64,000 nt of DNA from an uncultured virus (IMG/VR IMGVR_UViG_3300023179_000063) (Duplodnaviria > Heunggongvirae > Uroviricota > Caudoviricetes > Crassvirales), in IMG/VR virus record IMGVR_UViG_3300023179_000063, one strand, 5' to 3'. A program made the translations under genes and the position numbers. Below the pieces are notes generated by a model that worked only from the letters and a program-made list of their open reading frames with translations, was not told where the DNA came from and made no database searches. This document shows, one piece after another, positions 58,001-64,000 of this stretch (the first letter of the stretch is position 1; the number at the start of each line of letters is the position of its first letter).

Positions 58001-60978
58001 ATTATGACCCTATTGATTTAGATAAATTTGATTGGATTGAAGTAAATATTGAAAGAATTTTAGCTAAATCAGGAATTATTATTAAAGATGATAGATTAGA
58101 TAGTAAACAATTAGATAAAATAGAATCTGAATTACCTTACATTTTAAAAGAATTAGGTATTGGAACAACTATAGATGGGTTGTTAGAACATAATGATGGT
58201 TATTTATCTATTAGAGATTGGAAAACTGGTAGGATTTTAAACGATCAAATGACATCAGATGTAATGCTTTACGGTAATCAATCTGAAATAATAAGAGATA
58301 GTAAATTAGATAGAGCTAAATTAGAAGTTGTATTAAGAGCATTAATGATTAAATATCAAAATCCTACAGCTAAATTTAGACAATTATCTATAGAATATCT
58401 TAATAGAAATACTTTAGTTGAAACAATGAATATTGATTTAGATATTTATTTAGCTCAATTACATGATTATTTTAGAGAAAATGACCCTAAATTATTTGAA
58501 GATTTTAAAAATAAAGGATTATTTGATAAAAGAAATTATGGTATTAAAATAGTAGAAAATGATGAAAAAACTTCTGAAACTAAAGAAGAACAATTAAAAG
58601 CTTTAAATGATTCTATAGCTATTTTAAAAAATCAAGCAGATGTAGAAAAAGACCCTTATCTTAGAAGTCAATATAGAAATCAATTAGCTAAATTAAGTAA
58701 AGAAAGATTAGATTTAGAACAAATTATTCCTCATTCTTTAGATAGTATTGATTCTCAAGTCGGTAAATGGAAAAAATGGACTGGAGATTTAAAGTCTGTT
58801 TCTCAACCTATTATACAATCTTTTAGTAGATTACTCAATAAAAATACTTATGATTATAACATGGAAGTAAAAGCTTTACATCGTGAATTTGATGTATTGC
58901 AAAAAAAATTAATGGATGAACATGGAGTAAATTTTAAAAATACATTATTAAAATACAAAACTAAAGATAATAGTGGATTATATGATTTTATGTGGGTTTT
59001 AAAAGATAAATCAACTGTTAAAGGTTATTTTAAAGTTACACCAGATGATAAAGCAGAATGGGCTAAATTAACTGATACTCAAAAAGAATATATTAATTTT
59101 TTTACTAAAAATATTGAAGAATTATATAATGAAGTTGGTAGTAAAGTAGTATATAAAGATATTCATGGTTATAAAAAAACTAATTTTGATATAGCTAAAA
59201 TTCCTAAAAAATTAGAATCTGATTTTATGCCTAGAACTTTTATGGATTTAGGAGATTTTATAGAAGTAAATGGAGTAAATAAATCAACAGCTATATTTGA
59301 ATGGAATCAATATAAAAGACAATTTTTTAAAAGTGAATTTTATGCTAACAATTCATTTGAAGCAATGCCATTTAAAAATATGGGATCAGATGCTATTATA
59401 GGAGGACAAATGCACTCTTTTAATGCTGAATTAGCTTTTAAATCTTTTACTCAAAATTTAATTAAAAAGAAACATTTAGATGAAGTTCATAATATTGGAG
59501 TAGGATTAACTAATTATTTTAGAAATGAAAATCAAGAAGAAAATGCTGAATTTTTAGAAAGTAGAATACTGATAGAAATTTTAGATGCTAAATTAAAAAC
59601 TAAATTAAGTAAAAAAGTATTTTCTTATGTATCTAAAAAAACAAATAGACTTATTGAAGTAGATTCAGATGCTATTTTTGATACATTAAGAAATGCTGTT
59701 ACAGCTGGAACTATGTGGTTAAAACCTGGGGCCGCTGCTAAAAATGCAGTTTTATTACTTATTACAAATCATAAAAAAGGATTATTAGGATCAATTAGTA
59801 AAAAATTTGGAGTTAATCCTGACGATATAGATTTTAGTGAAAAAGATTTACTAGAAGCTGAATTAGAATGGGCTAAAATGCAAAAAGATAGACTTACAAA
59901 AACTCCTAATAAATTAGATTTATTATTAAAAGAATTTAATTATTTACCTGAATATTATGATTTTGCTGCTCATAAATCACAAATGATGTCAGAAAGAAAT
60001 AAATTACTTAATCAAGATCATTTATATTTATTACATTCATTTTTTGAAGATTGGGGAACAACTTCAATTTTAACAGCTATGTTAATACATCAAAAAAATA
60101 AAAAGACTGGAAAAAGTATTTTAGATAGCTATGAAGTAGAAGATGGTAAAGCTGTTTGGAAAGGTGGTATAAGAGGTAAAAGACAAGATGGAACAGTAAT
60201 AGAAGGAATAACTTATGAAGAAATGAGCAAATATAAAAAAATAGGAGCTACTTTAACAGGTAACTATCGTAAATCAGAAAGAGGAGCAATAGAATTATAT
60301 GCTTTAGGAAGAGTAGTTATGCAGTTTAAAAGATTTGTTCCTCAACAATTATATAATTTATTACAATCAAAACAAGAATTAGATTCTTATGGTAAATTTA
60401 TTGAGCTTACTGATGAAAATGGAAATGTACAACTAAGTAAAGATGGAGAAACTATTTATTCTTGGAAACCTGATGTAGTAGAAGGACGTTATAGAGTAAT
60501 GTTAAAATTTTTATTAAATGCAGTACATATATTAAATAATCCTTCTTATAATTTTAAAAACCTTTCTTCAAGACAAAAACAAGAAGTTATAAGTACTTTT
60601 ATGATGGTTATACAAATGGCTTTAACTGCTGCTACTTATGCTGTTTTATTTGACGATGATGAAGAAGAAACGTATTTAGCTAAAACTTATTTAAGACTTA
60701 CTAATGATTTATCAGATGGTATGTATCCAACAGATATGTTAAATAACTTTTTATCAACATCTTTACCTAAAAAAGCTTATGATGTTGCTAAAGCTTCTTC
60801 AGAATTTTTATTTGGTATTACTACTGGAGAAAGAACTCAAAAAGGTTATGTTAGAGGAGAATTACAATTGTCTAAAAATTTACCTATTTTTTCTTCTATT
60901 TATGAAATAGATAAAATTAATGATAATATTAAAAATGGTAAAGCTTTTGGATTAACAGGATACCAAGACGAAGAATAA
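55042..60978 (+). CDS. Giant virion cargo protein 3, polyvalent (GNAT, P-loop, ART-like, metallopeptidase-like, PD-(D/E)XK)
   Basis: 1978 aa; EFRKQGLG, GHPTIGKS, IVYHGS...IHFG, IIEEFLHPF, YGTLAH...IDGLL...DWKTG; C-terminal GRVVMQFKRF...EGRYR. Confidence 0.75.
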   Translation: MSFCPNKSSSQYKALVSQLGEIDAYNAWYLKNKALLSDTPMPVKPGVEELFDSNQELANQVYEALGIIVPTNVKVKGKVLYAGKEYPNTFQITFQNNDNKYIGFAKINNQNIDSIELQPEFRKQGLGTEIYVLLGEELAKNNITLESAYYTGSQLTQQAKATWESLVKKGYAIKTENNYKFVSKAQQKQQAQQLYSRYLDTTQNQFISSNDKVVFGHPTIGKSFLKKQGEDKFISLDDDYATEINNKVKEIADKYNVTAYQVKDGGTQKWNNEYNQMMQEMFNVAKQKAISENKTLFTSNTNLLKNNADSFDKVINLTNVEFEKRIQERGAKYDIKEWKSQINEAISKIPTSKVINTDKYLSDLFITPQQKQQALQLYSQYLDTVFPNSKVKDIVYHGSNQKINQFEVRKEPLIHFGSKNAALQRGDVLNQVILNIKDLQTIKDGMWFLGTDEGGLLKELLDRNILTIEEVKSINKTKNEAIQQSPYFHENYRMAIPEGEKAGNKKLQEILGGKDIGFEYKNFSEDTGSTSYAVPSQEQIHILGSKQDIEGFKEFVKKSNEPIIPSIEEANNLLQNKPMFSIADPNIKYEQEYKLLLKQYPNLLDSNYSPSIIKKLITQINNAFTTLVATATQSIESGGLFDKIKISKKIESPKIVNEYLIERLQKMFPKTKVKLLSIEEAYNLIGEDAYNANSFILKDTVYILRDKINNETIIEEFLHPFVEYLFQNNNDLYLNLEKEAMLDETLKKSISSRYSKFSVVDKKKEMVTQKLAELLNEEFKNKPKNINELRQLLQTIYKELSNFFYRVFGGKNYIDFNNLSTTMSLDTLVQIMNTEDVVLPVEYINRPTYSIIDDIKNQVHKEGFKLKDDKYVDINGNTYERLTEWVRNTFSKNKGKTTLTFATYKANAIFKKETKTIVNGVETIKLPNGVDISLEDLIVMIVREMETAKIYGTLAHKMMDICIKNLMGINTDILRNELKTLAAGGTDYDPIDLDKFDWIEVNIERILAKSGIIIKDDRLDSKQLDKIESELPYILKELGIGTTIDGLLEHNDGYLSIRDWKTGRILNDQMTSDVMLYGNQSEIIRDSKLDRAKLEVVLRALMIKYQNPTAKFRQLSIEYLNRNTLVETMNIDLDIYLAQLHDYFRENDPKLFEDFKNKGLFDKRNYGIKIVENDEKTSETKEEQLKALNDSIAILKNQADVEKDPYLRSQYRNQLAKLSKERLDLEQIIPHSLDSIDSQVGKWKKWTGDLKSVSQPIIQSFSRLLNKNTYDYNMEVKALHREFDVLQKKLMDEHGVNFKNTLLKYKTKDNSGLYDFMWVLKDKSTVKGYFKVTPDDKAEWAKLTDTQKEYINFFTKNIEELYNEVGSKVVYKDIHGYKKTNFDIAKIPKKLESDFMPRTFMDLGDFIEVNGVNKSTAIFEWNQYKRQFFKSEFYANNSFEAMPFKNMGSDAIIGGQMHSFNAELAFKSFTQNLIKKKHLDEVHNIGVGLTNYFRNENQEENAEFLESRILIEILDAKLKTKLSKKVFSYVSKKTNRLIEVDSDAIFDTLRNAVTAGTMWLKPGAAAKNAVLLLITNHKKGLLGSISKKFGVNPDDIDFSEKDLLEAELEWAKMQKDRLTKTPNKLDLLLKEFNYLPEYYDFAAHKSQMMSERNKLLNQDHLYLLHSFFEDWGTTSILTAMLIHQKNKKTGKSILDSYEVEDGKAVWKGGIRGKRQDGTVIEGITYEEMSKYKKIGATLTGNYRKSERGAIELYALGRVVMQFKRFVPQQLYNLLQSKQELDSYGKFIELTDENGNVQLSKDGETIYSWKPDVVEGRYRVMLKFLLNAVHILNNPSYNFKNLSSRQKQEVISTFMMVIQMALTAATYAVLFDDDEEETYLAKTYLRLTNDLSDGMYPTDMLNNFLSTSLPKKAYDVAKASSEFLFGITTGERTQKGYVRGELQLSKNLPIFSSIYEIDKINDNIKNGKAFGLTGYQDEE
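55597..56192 (+). repeat. Pair of 47-bp in-frame direct repeats (55597-55643 and 56146-56192)
   Basis: caacaaaaacaacaagctc(a/t)acaactatactctc(g/a)ata...gatac, 42/47 identical, 549 bp apart; encode QQKQQA(Q/L)QLYS(R/Q)YLDT. Confidence 0.9.
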
Positions 60979-61009
60979 AAAAATAGGAGAAAGTAATTCT
61001 CCTATTTTT
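60979..61009. terminator. Bidirectional terminator between convergent units
   Basis: 13-bp stem AAAAATAGGAGAA-AGTAA-TTCTCCTATTTTT with A/T tracts on both sides. Confidence 0.85.
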
Positions 61010-61013
61010 AATT

Positions 61014-61235
61014 TTAATTATTAGGTTCTATTTTAAGTGGACAATTTAGTTTAGTTTCTTCTATACAATCAGGTGCTGATATAACAGATGTATAAATTAT
61101 CTCTTGTGTTTCTCTACCTCTTATTGTGTCATGTTGATAAGTAATATGTCTAAGACAATTATTTTTCATAACACAATGTATATTGTTACTTGTAATACCT
61201 GTACAACGGGAAGTATCATTATTTAATAATTTCAT
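61014..61235 (-). CDS. Small Cys-rich hypothetical protein
   Basis: D.SRC.G.....C..KNNCLR...C...C pattern. Confidence 0.6.
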   Translation of the reverse strand: MKLLNNDTSRCTGITSNNIHCVMKNNCLRHITYQHDTIRGRETQEIIYTSVISAPDCIEETKLNCPLKIEPNN

Positions 61236-61999
61236 ATTTCTTTTGTTTTAAATTTACTAATATCTAAATCTTTTTTAATAATTAAACTTTTATAAGTTTT
61301 ATAAAATTCATCTATTCCTATTTCTTCAGTAAAGTATTTAATATATTCTCTTAATATTATTGTACTAAACTCAATATTAATTAAATTAGCTGTTTGTTTA
61401 ATTCCTTCAGCATATTTAACACCTTTACCTGGAAGACCTTTTACGTTATTATGATTACCAGTTATCATTTGACTCCAAAAATTAAATTCTTCTTGCTCTT
61501 TAGTAGTAGTAATCCAAGCTTCTTTTCTCCAATTGTAATGAGTACCTTCAGTTCCTAATATATCAGAATCTATTGCACATATAAAACTATCAGGTGTTTG
61601 TTTATAAAAAGATACTACAAATTCATCTACTTCATAATCATTAGCTGTAAAAATGTTATATCTTTTTATTAAATCTTCTTTAACAAACTGCCACCATTTA
61701 GGACTTATAGTTGGCCTATTTTGTTTATAATCAGAATTATATTTTAATTTAGATTGAATTGTATTTTTACCTTTTATAAAACCTATATATTCAGTACAAC
61801 CTGATTTAGATAAAATACTATTCATTACAAAATCAACTGATTCAATAAGTTGTTCTTCTGTTTTATCTATATAAACTAACTTATTGTTTTCTTTTTGGTA
61901 TATAGGATTACCTAATTCATCAACTCCTATTTCAATTTTAATACCTGCACCTATACTAAAGGCAACAGAATCCATGTCTATAACTGCTATTTTATTCAT
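61232..61999 (-). CDS. 5'-3' exonuclease / flap endonuclease (T7 gp6/T5-like)
   Basis: AVIDMDS, YKQNR, YEVDE, IDSD, QMITG...N.KGLPGKG (H3TH); ATG 61999 preferred. Confidence 0.85.
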   Translation of the reverse strand: MNKIAVIDMDSVAFSIGAGIKIEIGVDELGNPIYQKENNKLVYIDKTEEQLIESVDFVMNSILSKSGCTEYIGFIKGKNTIQSKLKYNSDYKQNRPTISPKWWQFVKEDLIKRYNIFTANDYEVDEFVVSFYKQTPDSFICAIDSDILGTEGTHYNWRKEAWITTTKEQEEFNFWSQMITGNHNNVKGLPGKGVKYAEGIKQTANLINIEFSTIILREYIKYFTEEIGIDEFYKTYKSLIIKKDLDISKFKTKEI

Positions 62000-62150
62000 A
62001 ATGTGTTGATAAATAATCAAGTAAATATTTAGCATAAGTTACTAAATATTCTTGATTATTAAATGTAAATTGTGTTTCTTGTTTAATGATAGCTTCTTCG
62101 TATGCTTGTTGAAACTGTTCAAATTTGTCTTGATTAAATAATTGTGTCAT
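61992..62150 (-). CDS. Small hypothetical protein (52 aa)
   Basis: Read manually: MTQLFNQDKFEQFQQAYEEA...F.FNNQEYLVTYAKYLLDYL. Confidence 0.6.
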   Translation of the reverse strand: MTQLFNQDKFEQFQQAYEEAIIKQETQFTFNNQEYLVTYAKYLLDYLSTHYE

Positions 62151-62157
62151 ATTAATT

Positions 62158-64000
62158 TTATTTTTGCCAGTACGAATTTACGGAACAATCAACAATAACT
62201 GGAACTTCTTTTAAAACTTTTTTAGCTGCATTTACCATTAATTCGTCTAATTTAATTTTCCATTCAAATGCTTGATTTTCATGACATTCAGTCTGTATTT
62301 CATCATATACGGCTAATATAATTTTACAATTCCAATTATTTTTAAATATTTCTTCTTGTACATCTATTAAGGCTTGTTTTATAATATCTCCGTTTGTACC
62401 TTGTATAGGACTGTTTTTAGAAGCTCTTTCAATAGACCCTAATAATTTAAAATCATCAGTATCTACTGCAAATTCCCATTCTGGAAACCATCTTATCCTA
62501 CCATAAGGTAAAGCTGTTTTTATAAATCCTCTTTTCTTACCTAAATTACCTAATCCATTTAAGAATTTTTCTACTTTAGGTACTGCTGCAAAAAACTTAT
62601 TAATAATTTCTTTAGCTTGTTTTACAGAAATATCCATAGTGTCAGCTAATTTGTATTCTGACATACCATAAGCTAAACCAAAATTAATAGTTTTTTGTAC
62701 ATCTCTGTAAGTTACACCTTTTTTAAATGGAGTTTCTTTTTTTACATCTTCAATAGGTATATCAAATGTCATTGAACATAGAACAGAATGTAAATCTTGA
62801 CCTTCTTTAAAAGCATTTAACCAAACTTCATCTTTACTAAATTCAGCTATAATACGAAGCTCCATACCACTAAAATCACCACCTACTATTTTATAACCTG
62901 TTTCAGGAATAAAACAACTTCTAATAACTTTAGCTAAATCTCCTTTAGAAGGAATTTGATTTAAATTAGGTTCAGATACTGATATTCTACCAGTACTAAG
63001 AATTTGCCAGATATTAGCTCTAATTCTAGAATCTTCATCTACAAACTTTAAAAAGCCTTCACCAAATGAAGTTTTAAGTTTAGTAAATTTAGTGTAGGAT
63101 AATAAAGTTTTAATTAATGAATGTTTATTTTTAATTCTTTGAAGTTCTCTATCTCCAACTGATTCTAAAGTTGGTTCAATAGCTTTACATATATCTAACT
63201 TTTGTTGATTAGAAGACCAATTAATTTTAGATTCTTCTTCAAAATCAAACATTTTTAATTGAGTGTATTTAGGTCTAAATGAAATAAATTTATCATCAGT
63301 TTTAATAATGTTATCTAATTCATCTTCTAATTTAGTTGCTTCTAAATTAACTGTTTTAATAACTTCTTTCCATTTTAAAGTGTCTAATTTAACACCATTA
63401 AATTCCATTAAAGTAAATACTTTTACAACTTCATTTTCAAGATTTAAAACATTTATTAAATCTAATTCTAATAACTTAGTAATTTGAGCCATCATTATAT
63501 TTTCTAAATAAACAACATCATCTGCTGCATATTTAATAACTCTAGAATTTAAACCTACTTTATGAATTTCTCCTCTAACTGTTTTATCTAATTTAACATT
63601 ACAGTATTTTAAAGTTAATTCATCTAATCCTAAATTTCTAACATCTATACCAGTTGTTAAAATACATTCAGCTAAAAACGTATCATATATTTGCATTGAC
63701 CAAATATTAATACCATGTTTTAATAAGAATCTACCATCAAATTTAAAATTTTGTAAAAGAAACAATTTATTTGGGTTTTCAAAGTAAGTTGAAAATAACT
63801 TAATAGGAAATGAATCAGCTTCTATTACATATTGATTATTTTTATCTCCAAATTGGTAACAAAGAAGATCTCCTTTAATAGCACTAAAACCAGTAGTTTC
63901 TGTGTCAAATCCTATTATGTTATTTTCATCTAACCATTGATAAACTTCTGAAATATCTGTATCTTTTATATTTGGATTAGTAAAAAGTTGTTTATTTTTA
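62158..64000 (-). CDS. polA: DNA polymerase family A with 3'-5' exonuclease (5'-partial)
   Basis: Frame is open to the window edge: ExoI GFDTETTG, ExoII NFKFD, ExoIII YAADD; TGRIS..EPNLNQIP; motif A DFSGMELR; motif B R...KTINFGLAYG; motif C VYDEI. Confidence 0.93.
   Translation of the reverse strand, partial: KNKQLFTNPNIKDTDISEVYQWLDENNIIGFDTETTGFSAIKGDLLCYQFGDKNNQYVIEADSFPIKLFSTYFENPNKLFLLQNFKFDGRFLLKHGINIWSMQIYDTFLAECILTTGIDVRNLGLDELTLKYCNVKLDKTVRGEIHKVGLNSRVIKYAADDVVYLENIMMAQITKLLELDLINVLNLENEVVKVFTLMEFNGVKLDTLKWKEVIKTVNLEATKLEDELDNIIKTDDKFISFRPKYTQLKMFDFEEESKINWSSNQQKLDICKAIEPTLESVGDRELQRIKNKHSLIKTLLSYTKFTKLKTSFGEGFLKFVDEDSRIRANIWQILSTGRISVSEPNLNQIPSKGDLAKVIRSCFIPETGYKIVGGDFSGMELRIIAEFSKDEVWLNAFKEGQDLHSVLCSMTFDIPIEDVKKETPFKKGVTYRDVQKTINFGLAYGMSEYKLADTMDISVKQAKEIINKFFAAVPKVEKFLNGLGNLGKKRGFIKTALPYGRIRWFPEWEFAVDTDDFKLLGSIERASKNSPIQGTNGDIIKQALIDVQEEIFKNNWNCKIILAVYDEIQTECHENQAFEWKIKLDELMVNAAKKVLKEVPVIVDCSVNSYWQK

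Noticed and set aside
9804..63487. Antisense ORFs in the track (9804, 25323, 28404, 34944, 36312, 39590, 42323, 47582, 51731, 63263)
   Set aside because: All are shadows of longer, motif-bearing genes on the opposite strand
1..64000. Stop-codon reassignment (TAG or TGA), as in some crAss-like phages
   Set aside because: Very long ORFs are intact in the standard code; TAG ends the MCP and other genes directly before terminators, TGA is used in ATGA overlaps, and no suppressor tRNA is seen

Overview
A 64-kb, very AT-rich segment of a crAss-like (Crassvirales) bacteriophage genome in the standard genetic code. The host is probably a Bacteroidota, since six intergenic TAnnTTTG promoter motifs are present and Shine-Dalgarno sites are not evident. 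Layout: (i) 1-5542, minus strand: small, often membrane-type 'early' ORFs separated by long structured non-coding tracts, one containing a twister-like self-cleaving ribozyme; (ii) 5543-6089: a divergent control region with a GC-rich hairpin patch and palindromic iteron-like repeats ahead of a RepL-like gene; (iii) 6090-60978, plus strand: GroES, HU/IHF, exonuclease, terminase, portal, a free-standing GIY-YIG endonuclease, scaffold, major capsid, a degenerate tRNA-like element, ring/hub/fibre/muzzle tail genes, a holin-endolysin-u-spanin lysis cassette and four large virion cargo genes; (iv) 61014-64000, minus strand: a 5'-3' exonuclease and a family A DNA polymerase that runs off the window. 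The most striking observations are in the cargo genes. A 4306-aa virion RNA polymerase (DYDVD) carries an intact SF1 helicase and a zincin domain. A 1978-aa protein has an N-terminal string of enzyme cassettes (GNAT, P-loop, ADP-ribosyltransferase-like) delimited by 47-bp direct repeats. A 1657-aa protein is punctuated by nine xxxxGG motifs (mostly K/R-[YF]-x-x-GG) between unrelated modules. All family assignments come from motif recognition by eye; no searches were run.
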